Shown piece after piece: positions 18,689 through 31,627 of a stretch of 64,000 bases of DNA; positions within the stretch are counted from its first letter, which is position 1, and each line of letters begins with the position of its first letter. The stretch spans positions 16,931 through 80,930 of the forward strand of contig CBFHYU010000004.1 in the NCBI GenBank assembly GCA_965660165.1, written 5' to 3'. The notes under the pieces were generated by a model, which was not told the origin of the DNA, made no database searches, and saw only the letters and a list, made by a program, of their open reading frames with translations. The position numbers were made by a program, and so were the translations under genes. The DNA is from Candidatus Puniceispirillaceae bacterium. GTDB taxonomy: Bacteria; Pseudomonadota; Alphaproteobacteria; Puniceispirillales; Puniceispirillaceae.

Positions 18689-18732
18689 AACCCTCACTAC
18701 TTTCATGTTTACCTCTTATTGTAGTGAGGGTT
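18689..18732. other. Perfect 12-bp inverted repeat (hairpin) with a 20-nt loop
   Basis: AACCCTCACTAC (18689-18700) and GTAGTGAGGGTT (18721-18732). There is no adjacent U-tract on either strand. On the minus strand the loop reads AATAAGAGGTAAACATGAAA (SD plus ATG). Confidence 0.6.
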
Positions 18733-18766
18733 TTCCCTTGTAGCGCAGGTGTTATGCAGGCTGAAA

Positions 18767-19003
18767 ATGGATTTAGATATGGCTGATGAAATTTCAGACA
18801 ATACCTCAGAGAATAAAGAACGGCTTATGGCCGAATTAAAGCAGGCACAAAAACTTCGTTCAAACAGGCAAAAAGCGCTATATGATGTGGCAGATGCGGC
18901 GCATAAGGGGCTAGCTAGCAAGACTGATGCTGTCCGAATTATCAAGCATGCAGACCAGCAACGTTTCGCATCAGCTATCAAAGATTTGATGAATATCAAA
19001 TAG
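18767..19003 (+). CDS. Hypothetical small charged helical protein (~78 aa)
   Basis: Track ORF 18749-19003 starts at a GTG. ATGs lie at 18767 and 18779. The composition is hydrophilic (MDLDMADEISDNTSENKERLMAELKQAQKLRSNRQKALYD...), far more protein-like than the Cys/Ser-rich 99-aa antisense ORF. No family was recognised. Confidence 0.5.
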   Translation: MDLDMADEISDNTSENKERLMAELKQAQKLRSNRQKALYDVADAAHKGLASKTDAVRIIKHADQQRFASAIKDLMNIK

Positions 19004-19079
19004 ACCAAGTCTAATTCTCAGTTATGGCATAAAATTTGCGTTCTTCTGATTGTCGTGTTTATGACAATAGGAGGAATTG

Positions 19080-19379
19080 ATGTCTTTTGATACAAAGATA
19101 GATAGCAAGGAGAATAACGGGCTAGATTCAGAATATATTGTTGATATTATCGAAGCCACAATTCGGGTACTTGAAAGCACAGGGCTTTCACGAGAACAGT
19201 CACTTCAGGTTATGTTGAGCCAGATAGCTGTTCAATTGCCCCCTGAAATAATGGAAGTTGGCGTGGATGTATCACGGAAATATTCAGAAGCCTTTGCAAC
19301 CACTAGCTGGGATAGCGAAAATCTGACACAAAAAACTGAAAAATGTGGCAGAACAGAGTTTCCTGGCGCCTATTTGTAA
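19080..19379 (+). CDS. Hypothetical acidic protein (~99 aa)
   Basis: Strong SD AGGAGG at 19068-19073, 6 nt before the ATG at 19080. No family was recognised. Confidence 0.55.
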   Translation: MSFDTKIDSKENNGLDSEYIVDIIEATIRVLESTGLSREQSLQVMLSQIAVQLPPEIMEVGVDVSRKYSEAFATTSWDSENLTQKTEKCGRTEFPGAYL

Positions 19380-19463
19380 AAAATATCCACTTTTGACCGA
19401 TTTTTATTGAAACTCTCTTGTGCGCATCTAATGATATAGAAAATAGCTATTAGAAGAGAGCCT

Positions 19464-20177
19464 ATGACGCACCCAAAAGCGTTGTTATTTGATGTATTCG
19501 GAACAGTTGTTGACTGGCGTTCTGGCATAAGCGATGCAGTTGCCGAAATTGCCACAAAGATACAGTATGATACAGACCCGCAAGCCTTTGCAGATGCTTG
19601 GCGTGCGCTCTATCAACCCTCAATGCAGGCCGTAAGAGACAGAAAACGTCCCTTTACCATTTTAGATGTGCTGCATCGTGAATCTCTGCATGCGGTGTTG
19701 GCGCAGTTTGCGTTCCCCAAAATGTCTCCAGAAGATGAGCAGTTTTTAGTGACAGCATGGCATCGCTTGAAAGGCTGGCCAGATGCAACAGATGGGCTGA
19801 AGGCACTGAAACAGCATTATATTATCGCGCCTCAATCTAATGGCAATATTGCGCTTATCGTAAATATGGCAAAACATAGTGATTTAGCATGGGACCTTGT
19901 GCTTGGCGCAGAGGTGGTATCGCATTATAAACCATGTCCTGATGCCTATCAGATTGCGTGTGAGAAGCTTGGGCTTGCAACAGGCGAATGTATGATGGTT
20001 GCCGCTCATAATGACGATCTTGCCGCCGCACAGGCACAAGGCATGATGACAGCTTTTGTGTGCCGTCCAACTGAACATGGCAGCAATCAGAAAACAGATC
20101 TACGGGCTGAAGGCGAGTGGGATTATTGTGCAGATGATTTTCTTGATCTTGCCGCACAGCTCACAGCCGCACGATAG
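19464..20177 (+). CDS. HAD-superfamily hydrolase, type II haloacid dehalogenase-like
   Basis: N-terminal LFDVFGTVVDW (DxxGT nucleophile motif), SNGN, and a C-terminal VAAHNDDL motif. Its length of 237 aa fits. Confidence 0.8.
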   Translation: MTHPKALLFDVFGTVVDWRSGISDAVAEIATKIQYDTDPQAFADAWRALYQPSMQAVRDRKRPFTILDVLHRESLHAVLAQFAFPKMSPEDEQFLVTAWHRLKGWPDATDGLKALKQHYIIAPQSNGNIALIVNMAKHSDLAWDLVLGAEVVSHYKPCPDAYQIACEKLGLATGECMMVAAHNDDLAAAQAQGMMTAFVCRPTEHGSNQKTDLRAEGEWDYCADDFLDLAAQLTAAR

Positions 20178-20193
20178 TAAAAAGGATAGGATA

Positions 20194-20613
20194 ATGGCAT
20201 CAGCATTATGGAAAGGTCAGGCATTTAGCGTTAGTCATGCAGATGGTTCTGGCACAAAGCAGGCGCAATTTGAGGGCGGGTTACGCGCGTTTTTTGAATA
20301 TCGCGATCTTGGTATAAATGATGCGACAAAGGGTAAATTTATCGCCCATGTGATACGCGCAGTACCTGGCCGTCATGCCGAACCACAATGGCATACGCAT
20401 GATCTCGATTTTCAGATGGTTTATATTCTGCAAGGATGGGTAATTTTCGAATATGAAGGGCAGGGAGAGATTGTGTTACGCAAAGGTAGCTCTGTCTTAC
20501 AGCCGCCCGGAATTAAACATCGTGAGGTGCGCCATAGTGATGATCTTGAGCTGATAGAGATATGCTCGCCCGCTAAATTTGACACTGAAATGGTAGATGA
20601 GCCTGCTAGCTAA
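20194..20613 (+). CDS. Cupin-domain protein
   Basis: The start was moved from 20056, which overlaps the HAD gene, to the ATG at 20194 after AAAGGATAGG. WHTHDLDFQMVYILQGW...PPGIKHRE matches the two-motif cupin pattern. Confidence 0.75.
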   Translation: MASALWKGQAFSVSHADGSGTKQAQFEGGLRAFFEYRDLGINDATKGKFIAHVIRAVPGRHAEPQWHTHDLDFQMVYILQGWVIFEYEGQGEIVLRKGSSVLQPPGIKHREVRHSDDLELIEICSPAKFDTEMVDEPAS

Positions 20614-21247
20614 AATTATCAGCAATAATTGGTAGAAGCGTGACCAGAAGCAAACATGCCATGCTGGCATTGAAAATCCTAAGATGCAACGGCTTTTTCA
20701 GCAATTTTCCCAAAAGCTCACCACCATATCCCCATAAAATCGTGGATGCTATTGTCACAACAGCAAAAATCGTGAAAATCACGATGCTAGTGTGAACAGG
20801 ATTAGCGCTTGCGTTTGAATAGGTAGAAATAGCGCTGATAATCACGACAACAGCCTTTGGATTGATCAGCTGAAACAGTGCAGCACCTGTAAAACTTAGC
20901 GGCTGTCCTAGCTCTGGGCGCTGTTCTGGCGGCAAGGCGGTAGCAATTTTCCATGCCAGATACAGGATAAATAACGTGCCCCCAATTTTGAATGTAATAA
21001 CCAGCTCAGGGATAGCTTGGAACATGCTGGTAAGCCCAAGACTGGCGGCAATCACCATTGATAAAAATCCAGCACAAATCCCCATAATATGCGGCATTGT
21101 CCTGCGCAAACCAAAATTAGCGCCAGAGGCTGCAAGCATGATGTTATTTGGTCCGGGCGTAAATGCTGAAACGAACGCAAATAATGAGAAGGATACTAGA
21201 TTTGCAGTTTCCACCAGAAGTTCCGTAATTATCCTGAAATATGGCAC
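20606..21247 (-). CDS. LysE/RhtB-family amino-acid exporter
   Basis: FTPGPNNIMLAASGANFG N-terminal signature and ~6 TM helices, 213 aa. The start codon is uncertain. Confidence 0.85.
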   Translation of the reverse strand: MPYFRIITELLVETANLVSFSLFAFVSAFTPGPNNIMLAASGANFGLRRTMPHIMGICAGFLSMVIAASLGLTSMFQAIPELVITFKIGGTLFILYLAWKIATALPPEQRPELGQPLSFTGAALFQLINPKAVVVIISAISTYSNASANPVHTSIVIFTIFAVVTIASTILWGYGGELLGKLLKKPLHLRIFNASMACLLLVTLLPIIADNFS

Positions 21248-21265
21248 GCGTTTCAGATATATGTA

Positions 21266-22405
21266 TCAGACTGACTTCAAAAGACAAGGCAGACGTTCTG
21301 TCCACAGAAAATCACAAATTATCTGAGCTGTTTTCTGATCTAGCTTTTGGGTTTCTACTCGATAGAACAGACTGCCAGTGGTAAGCCTATGCTCGTTAAT
21401 ATTCAAAATAATATGTTGCAACATATCTGGGTATGTTTGCTGTAATTTTTGCAGGTTAGTTTCTGCATTCTGTTTTTGAGAGAATGACCCTAGCTGGAGT
21501 ATCAGCTCACCCTGCAGAGGGGGTTCAATTTTAGGGGTTATGGGCTTCTTTGTTTTTTGGTTGCTATTAGGTGCGACTATATTATTTGATGTCTGCTTTG
21601 ATGTTTGCTTTGACGTTTTTGGGGGCGCATCTAGCTGTAACAGCCTGACAATATCAAGAGTTGTATCATCGTTAGATGCGTGTTCTGTCTTAGCAGGGGG
21701 GGTGGCTATAATTGCTGAGCCGCCTGATGGCGGCATGTTGGCTGAGCTAGGCAAAGATAGTGAGACGCTAGCACCCTGTCCTAGGTTCAGTGTAATTTGC
21801 TTGTCAGATGGGGTAGGGTTCGACTTAGATGTGCTGGCAGGGCGCAGAAGATAGGCAAGATCAGCATTAGACGCCAAAATCTGCCTGTCGCCCTGTGCAA
21901 ACATAGTGCGGCAATAGCTATCTATCAGCTTTTGCATTTTTTGCTGTCCAATAATGGCTTTTGAGCCTTTTGCCTCTTGCAAAGAAAGGCCATCTAAATC
22001 TTTGCTCATTAGCGAGTCAACTACCCAGTCTGAATAATGATTGATCAGCAGGGTAATCTCATCGTCATCGGGGGTACGCTTTAGCTCAAATTCAGTGGCT
22101 TTACGAATGACAGCCCCTGCATATTTACGGCGTTCTTGCCATAATTTGCCAATATCAGGATTTAATACAGATTGTGATGCCATCAATCCAGAAAAGCTGG
22201 CACAAATCGCCCCTTGTTCAGCCAGATAGCCATAATTTTCCCAGCTTTCAATCTGTAACTCTGAGCGTGCATCTGAGATAGTGCCAACGCTGAGAATACC
22301 ATATATCACACAGAATATGGCTAGCTGTTTTTTGGCCAAATCTACGACCGTTTGGCTTATTGATGTAAGGGCTGTGTAAACCATCATTATATGATGCAAA
22401 AACAA
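21266..22405 (-). CDS. SPOR-domain protein with an unrecognised N-terminal domain
   Basis: C-terminal ~80 aa (LILQLGSFSQKQNAETNLQKLQQTYPDML...LFYRVETQKLDQKTAQIICDFL) looks like a SPOR peptidoglycan-binding repeat. There is a low-complexity S/T/P/K linker with (TSKQ)2 and an N-terminal TM segment. Confidence 0.65.
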   Translation of the reverse strand: MFLHHIMMVYTALTSISQTVVDLAKKQLAIFCVIYGILSVGTISDARSELQIESWENYGYLAEQGAICASFSGLMASQSVLNPDIGKLWQERRKYAGAVIRKATEFELKRTPDDDEITLLINHYSDWVVDSLMSKDLDGLSLQEAKGSKAIIGQQKMQKLIDSYCRTMFAQGDRQILASNADLAYLLRPASTSKSNPTPSDKQITLNLGQGASVSLSLPSSANMPPSGGSAIIATPPAKTEHASNDDTTLDIVRLLQLDAPPKTSKQTSKQTSNNIVAPNSNQKTKKPITPKIEPPLQGELILQLGSFSQKQNAETNLQKLQQTYPDMLQHIILNINEHRLTTGSLFYRVETQKLDQKTAQIICDFLWTERLPCLLKSV

Positions 22406-22415
22406 TGCCTAATTC

Positions 22416-23942
22416 TTATGATGTTTTGTAAAATTGGATGGCATCTGCGGCGGCACGTAACAGCGCTCTTGCTTTGTTCTGGCATTCTTCATATTCAGAT
22501 TGTTCAACAGAATCATATACAATTCCTGCCCCCGCCTGAACATGCATCTGCCCATCTTTGATAATGGCAGTGCGTAAGGTAATACAGGTATCCATATCAC
22601 CACTCACCCCAATATAGCCAATAGAACCAGCATAAATGCCGCGTCTGTCAGGCTCAAGCTGGTCTATGATTTCCATAGCCCGTATTTTTGGTGCCCCTGA
22701 TACTGTACCCGCAGGGAAGCCAGCTACCATAATATCAATCATGTCTGCATCTTCTTTGCGCATGCCGCGCACCTCTGAGGCGATATGCATCACATGGCTA
22801 TATAATTCTATGTCAAAATGGGAATGAATGCGTACCGTGCCTGGACGTGAGACACGCCCAACATCATTTCTGCCAAGATCAAGAAGCATCAAATGCTCTG
22901 AACGTTCTTTTACATCAGCCAGTAACTCTTCTGCATTTGCTTTATCTTCAGCTTCATTGCGCCCTCTGGGGCGGGTGCCAGCGATTGGACGGATGGTCAC
23001 TTCATTATCGCGCAATCGGACTAGAATTTCAGGGCTTGAGCCAACGATTGACACATCACCAAGCGAAAAACAGAATAAAAAGGGTGATGGGTTTAATCTG
23101 CGCAAACTGCGATAAAGCGCAATTGCAGGAAGTGAGAAGGGGATAGTAAATCTTTGAGATAAGACCACCTGAAATATATCACCTGCCTTAATAAATTCTT
23201 TTGCCTCTCTGACCATCTCACAGAATTTCTGCTTAGTCATATTCGCTTTTGGGATAGGTTCTGCTTCAATGCTATCGCTCACTGCGATTGCAGGCATTTC
23301 AGATTTTAGCTGGTTTTCTGTTCTGTCCAGCAATGTCATGGCATGATGCCAGCCATCCTCACCAGAATCGAACTGGCTTGGACGTATTTGCACCGCAAGG
23401 GTAATAGTATCTTTTAACCTGTCAAAAATCGCAACCAACGAAGGACGCATCAGAACAGAATCAAACACGCCTAGCCTGTCTGGATTTTCATCTGGCAAGC
23501 GTTCTATATGACGTATCATATCATAGCCAATATAGCCGAATAAACCAGCTGCCATTGGCGGTAGAGGCGCAGTTGTTTGCATCGCACTCTCAGCTATCAA
23601 CGCTCTTAATGAGGTCAGCACATCTGTTGTTTCGGGCGAAAACTCATCAGGCGCATTAGCCACATTTCGGTTAATCTCTGCATGGTTGCCCTTAGACCGC
23701 CATATCAGGTCAGGCTCTAGCCCGATAGCAGAAAATCTGCCTCTTACCTCGCCACCTTCAACAGATTCAAGCAGGAAATGATGTGAGCTATTTTCAGATA
23801 ATTTTATGAATGCTCCAACCGCAGTCTGTGTATCTGCTACCAATGTACGGTAGATTATTTGGTTTTGCTGCGCATCAAACAGAGTGATGCAGCTCTGCCT
23901 ATCCTGATGGACAGTATTTATGGTGTCTGCGGAATGGGTCAT
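22416..23942 (-). CDS. trpE: Anthranilate synthase component I
   Basis: 508 aa. LESVEGG, IFQVVLSQRF, GTRPRG, GSIGYI and GAGIVYDS are chorismate-binding-enzyme motifs. Confidence 0.93.
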   Translation of the reverse strand: MTHSADTINTVHQDRQSCITLFDAQQNQIIYRTLVADTQTAVGAFIKLSENSSHHFLLESVEGGEVRGRFSAIGLEPDLIWRSKGNHAEINRNVANAPDEFSPETTDVLTSLRALIAESAMQTTAPLPPMAAGLFGYIGYDMIRHIERLPDENPDRLGVFDSVLMRPSLVAIFDRLKDTITLAVQIRPSQFDSGEDGWHHAMTLLDRTENQLKSEMPAIAVSDSIEAEPIPKANMTKQKFCEMVREAKEFIKAGDIFQVVLSQRFTIPFSLPAIALYRSLRRLNPSPFLFCFSLGDVSIVGSSPEILVRLRDNEVTIRPIAGTRPRGRNEAEDKANAEELLADVKERSEHLMLLDLGRNDVGRVSRPGTVRIHSHFDIELYSHVMHIASEVRGMRKEDADMIDIMVAGFPAGTVSGAPKIRAMEIIDQLEPDRRGIYAGSIGYIGVSGDMDTCITLRTAIIKDGQMHVQAGAGIVYDSVEQSEYEECQNKARALLRAAADAIQFYKTS

Positions 23943-23998
23943 TATGCGTAAGCTTCATATATAATTTAGAGCTGATTATCAGGCTGATAGCCAAGCAT

Positions 23999-25879
23999 TT
24001 ACTGTGCTGTTTGGCCTAACAGTAATTGTCTTACCAGATCAGGGTTAACCTCAAGCGCGTGAATATCTGCTAGCCTAATGCCAATCGCTGCGTTGATGTC
24101 ATTATGAACAAGGCTATTAAAATCTTCAGATATTTGCGTGATTTGCGTGTTAACCTCATCATCAGAAGCAGCAATAATTTCATCAGTGCGCACCAAAATT
24201 GTGCCTTCACCTGTATCAGCAAGAGCGATAGCGCCAATTTCTGTCTCAAAGCTGGTATTTGCAATTAGTCTGGCAAAATCGCTGTCAATACCAGTGCCTA
24301 GACGTGAAAATCCAGAAGATACAGTTGCCCCCTCAATCTGTGCGAGATTGTTGTCTTTGGCTGTTTCTGCATTTGCGCGCGCCAGCTTAATAGCTTGTTC
24401 AGCCTTCCAATCTTCAATAACCCTATTTTTGATTTCTGATAGCGCGCGTTCTCTGCTCTGTGTTTCCAAAATTGGCTTGAGAACAAAAAAGGTATCAGCC
24501 CCTGTTTCAATCACAGGGCTAATTGTCTCAATGTCAGTTTCAAATAACTCACTGATAAACAGACTATCTCCTGCCAGAGTGGCGATAGCGCCTTGCGTCT
24601 CTGAAATAGCATTCCCGTCAATATCCAGACCGTTAATATCAATACCATCAATCGTCAAAAGCGGGGTGTTTATCAAAGCAGCTGCTTCTTGCATGGTAGC
24701 GCCACTGCCAAGCGAATCTTCAAGGCGTGACACAAAATCATAAATCGTATCAATAGCCTGTTCTTCTGCCAGCCTTTCAGAAATTGCCTGTCTTACATCT
24801 TCATAGGCGGTGTTTTCTGCCAGATTGATCTCGTCAATGATAGCAAGATGCCAGCCAAATGCTGATTCAATTGGTCCAATTGCTTGATTAACAGGCGCCT
24901 CAAACACAGGGGCGGCAAGCTCAGAGGCAAGCTCGCTCATTTGAACAGTACCAAGCTCTGTATCTTCTGCTGACCAGCCTAGCGTATCCATTGCCACTGC
25001 TGAGAATGTTTCGCCAGCATTCAGCTTTTCAAGCGCCTGCTGAGCCAATTCTTCTGAGCTAAAAACCATTTGGCGAATAGCGCGGCTTTCAGGGGTGATA
25101 AATTCATCCTGACGTGCATCAAACGTGTCCTTAATCTGTTGCTCGTCAATCTCAATTTGTTCGGCAATACTAGTTGGCGATAACAAGATAACATCTGCAC
25201 TTCGCATTGTAGGAGCATCGTAAGATGATTTCTGGCTGTCAAAAAAGCGTGTAAGTTCTGCGTCTGAAGGTGGGGCAATCAACTGCGCATCAGCAGGAAA
25301 GACACGCCAGCTTGCGGTTCTTTTTTCAAGCTGATAGCGTGAAATCCTATCAAGCAAAATTCTGGGGAAAGTGCCACCTAAACTTACCGCCTGAAGCAAC
25401 TGTTCTTGCAAAAGCGCACTATCAAGACGGGCTAGATATGCCGCTTCGGTAAAGCCTGATTGGGCTAGCGAGCTTCGAAACGCAGTAGATGAGAAGCTAC
25501 CGAGCGCATCTGCAAAGCTTGGTTCTTGGCGAATAGCATCTGTCTGCATCGCTTTTGTTGAGGTTAGCCCAAGCCTGTCGGCTTCTGCTTCAAATAAAAC
25601 ATTACGTGCGGCAGTGCCTACCACCTCGTCAAGCAAGCCATATTGTACAGCATCACCAGTAGAAATACCGCCGCCTGCAGTGCGTCTTACCCGCTCAAAT
25701 TCATTTGCTACTTCAACTGCTGTGGCTGATTTTCCGCCAGCAGTTACAGCTTTGTTTCCGTCTGAAAACAGACCAGAGCTAATATCACCAATGCCCCATA
25801 ACGCAAACCCTGCTGCTAGAAACAGCAAAAACACTTTCATTATGGGTGATTTGGCGCCTTCGCGCATCGACTGAAGCAT
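23999..25879 (-). CDS. ppiD: Periplasmic chaperone / peptidyl-prolyl isomerase PpiD-like
   Basis: 626 aa. N-terminal membrane anchor (VFLLFLAAGFALWGIGD), a SurA_N-like region and a parvulin-like segment (ESAFGWHLAIIDEI). Its position next to trpE is typical in alphaproteobacteria. Confidence 0.8.
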   Translation of the reverse strand: MLQSMREGAKSPIMKVFLLFLAAGFALWGIGDISSGLFSDGNKAVTAGGKSATAVEVANEFERVRRTAGGGISTGDAVQYGLLDEVVGTAARNVLFEAEADRLGLTSTKAMQTDAIRQEPSFADALGSFSSTAFRSSLAQSGFTEAAYLARLDSALLQEQLLQAVSLGGTFPRILLDRISRYQLEKRTASWRVFPADAQLIAPPSDAELTRFFDSQKSSYDAPTMRSADVILLSPTSIAEQIEIDEQQIKDTFDARQDEFITPESRAIRQMVFSSEELAQQALEKLNAGETFSAVAMDTLGWSAEDTELGTVQMSELASELAAPVFEAPVNQAIGPIESAFGWHLAIIDEINLAENTAYEDVRQAISERLAEEQAIDTIYDFVSRLEDSLGSGATMQEAAALINTPLLTIDGIDINGLDIDGNAISETQGAIATLAGDSLFISELFETDIETISPVIETGADTFFVLKPILETQSRERALSEIKNRVIEDWKAEQAIKLARANAETAKDNNLAQIEGATVSSGFSRLGTGIDSDFARLIANTSFETEIGAIALADTGEGTILVRTDEIIAASDDEVNTQITQISEDFNSLVHNDINAAIGIRLADIHALEVNPDLVRQLLLGQTAQ

Positions 25880-26006
25880 ATCTATGTCCTGACCTATGAC
25901 TTAGCATTGATGAATGTTATTATCACTCTTGCGACACTATAGATAATCTGGGCATGATGTCGCAATCGTTAAAATATAATTTTGCGCTAAAAATGGGAAT
26001 ATTTAG

Positions 26007-26771
26007 ATGATTATAGCGGCGAATTGGAAAATGAATTTAACCCGAGAGCAGGCATATCATCATCTTGCCCTGTCATCTCGGCAAGAGGTGCATCTTAAAT
26101 CAGGGCATCAGACAGTATTTTTTGTGCCTGCTTGTTATCTTGCGCTGGCAGAAGAGGTGCTTGCGCCAAGCGCTGTTATTGGCTGGGGCGGTCAGGATTG
26201 CCATCCAGAGGCAAGTGGCGCATTTACAGGCGATATTAGCGCTGAGATGCTGTTGGGCTTTAAGTGCGGCTGGGTTCTGGCTGGCCATTCTGAGCGCAGG
26301 CAATATCATCTTGAAACAGATGAACTGATAGCTCGAAAAACGGCGCATGCGCTAAAGATGGGATTAAAGGTTGTGGTATGTGTAGGTGAAACACTTGATG
26401 ACAGACAGGCTGGAAATAATAACCAGATCATATCACGCCAGCTAGATATAGTGCTTGGCCATTTGAACAGCCAGTCTATTTCGCCTGATAATTTGGTTGT
26501 CGCCTATGAGCCTGTATGGGCAATCGGAACTGGCACTGTGGCCAGTCTGGCGCAGATAGACGATATGCATAGCCATATCAGAGAGGTGCTTAATTTAGCG
26601 GCTGGCAGAGATACAGATAATGCGATTTTATATGGCGGCTCTGTAAATGAAGCTAATGGGGCTGAAATATTCTCGCTTGCGTCTGTTATGGGTGCTTTGG
26701 TAGGAGGCGCGTCGCTAGATGCTGAAAAATTTGCCCGCCTATGTGCGCTTTCACAACCATCTGACAGCTAG
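26007..26771 (+). CDS. tpiA: Triosephosphate isomerase
   Basis: AANWKMN, GHSERR, AYEPVWAIGTG, YGGSV. Confidence 0.92.
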   Translation: MIIAANWKMNLTREQAYHHLALSSRQEVHLKSGHQTVFFVPACYLALAEEVLAPSAVIGWGGQDCHPEASGAFTGDISAEMLLGFKCGWVLAGHSERRQYHLETDELIARKTAHALKMGLKVVVCVGETLDDRQAGNNNQIISRQLDIVLGHLNSQSISPDNLVVAYEPVWAIGTGTVASLAQIDDMHSHIREVLNLAAGRDTDNAILYGGSVNEANGAEIFSLASVMGALVGGASLDAEKFARLCALSQPSDS

Positions 26772-26869
26772 TTTAAGGCTCAAATACACTTTTTGCTTAA
26801 CTTATCGCCCATGATTTGATAAGCAATAGCGTCAAATGATTCTGAGCGCAGAAAGATAGGCTTTCTTAA

Positions 26870-27184
26870 ATGACCACAATCTTGTTAACCATCCATATTC
26901 TTATTGCGGTTGCACTGGTAGGCACTGTATTGTTGCAGCGCAATGAAGGGGGTGGTCTAGGTATTGGCGGGTCTTCATCTGGTGGGTTCATGACAGCCAG
27001 AGGGACAGCCAATCTGCTAACACGCACAACTGCTATTTTGGCAGCGTGTTTTTTTGCGACTTCAATTGGTCTAGCTATTCTTGCAGGGGCAGGCACAAGC
27101 ACAAGCTCAATTGTTGATGATGTGCTTGAAAGTTCTGTTCCCGCTGAACAATCTTCTGAGCCTGCTGTGCCGACTGGCCAATAA
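26870..27184 (+). CDS. secG: Preprotein translocase subunit SecG
   Basis: 104 aa. Two TM helices flank a Gly-rich loop (LLQRNEGGGLGIGGSSSGGF). Confidence 0.85.
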   Translation: MTTILLTIHILIAVALVGTVLLQRNEGGGLGIGGSSSGGFMTARGTANLLTRTTAILAACFFATSIGLAILAGAGTSTSSIVDDVLESSVPAEQSSEPAVPTGQ

Positions 27185-27241
27185 TCACTGGATTAACATG
27201 ATATGAAATCTTTGTTTGCTAATAACGCACTCACACAATAG

Positions 27242-28891
<1,650 letters not shown>

Positions 28892-28914
28892 TAGCGGTAT
28901 TGAGGAGCAGGATC

Positions 28915-31024
<2,110 letters not shown>

Positions 31025-31134
31025 CATCTGAGAAGAAAAAACCTATATTTTGTAACGATTCGCTTTTTTCTTGACGGCACGAATCAGTTTTGATTCACTG
31101 GTCTGGATATGATTGTTCGTGTTAGGAAAATATT

Positions 31135-31452
31135 ATGTTCCAGTCAATGAGAAAACCGCTAGGTGTTGTGTCATCTGTTGTGATCAGCGGCTTGATATTT
31201 ATATTTTTTGGCTTTCATACCTTTGCCGGTGATACTGGTTGGTTGGCAAAAGCTGAAATTGAAAGAGATATTCTGGTCGAACGCGCAAAGCTTGCCCAGC
31301 TGGAAAAAGAGAATATCCTGCAACGCCATAGAATTGACTTGCTAAAATCAAATCAGATTGACGCAGATATGCTATCTGAAATTGCACGCTCGCAACTAGG
31401 TCTGTTTTCATCAAAAGATGTCATTATTTCAATTCAGGTTAATAAATTGTAA
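31135..31452 (+). CDS. ftsB: Cell-division protein FtsB / septum formation initiator family
   Basis: 105 aa. One N-terminal TM helix followed by a coiled coil (LAKAEIERDILVERAKLAQLEKENILQ). It sits in the canonical slot between eno and pdhA. Confidence 0.75.
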   Translation: MFQSMRKPLGVVSSVVISGLIFIFFGFHTFAGDTGWLAKAEIERDILVERAKLAQLEKENILQRHRIDLLKSNQIDADMLSEIARSQLGLFSSKDVIISIQVNKL

Positions 31453-31627
31453 TTTTATGAAACTTTGAAATTTAACCGAAATCTAGGTTAATAACAAAAA
31501 AATCAATAAAAACAGATAAATAAAGTTCTTGTAAAAAATCTATTTTTGCATTTTCCTTGCATATGGGTTTATGTTTGATGGTTCTGATAAGGGCTATCAA
31601 GACACGATATGCTGAGGAGAATATATT

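Noticed and set aside
21585-21620. Short tandem repeat TTTGATGTCTGC / TTTGATGTTTGC / TTTGACGT, encoding (TSKQ)2 on the minus strand, and the 3 x 12-nt repeat at 32995-33030.
   Set aside because: Both are low-complexity linker-coding repeats inside intact ORFs (the SPOR protein linker and the PdhB lipoyl linker). They are not CRISPR-like or regulatory arrays.
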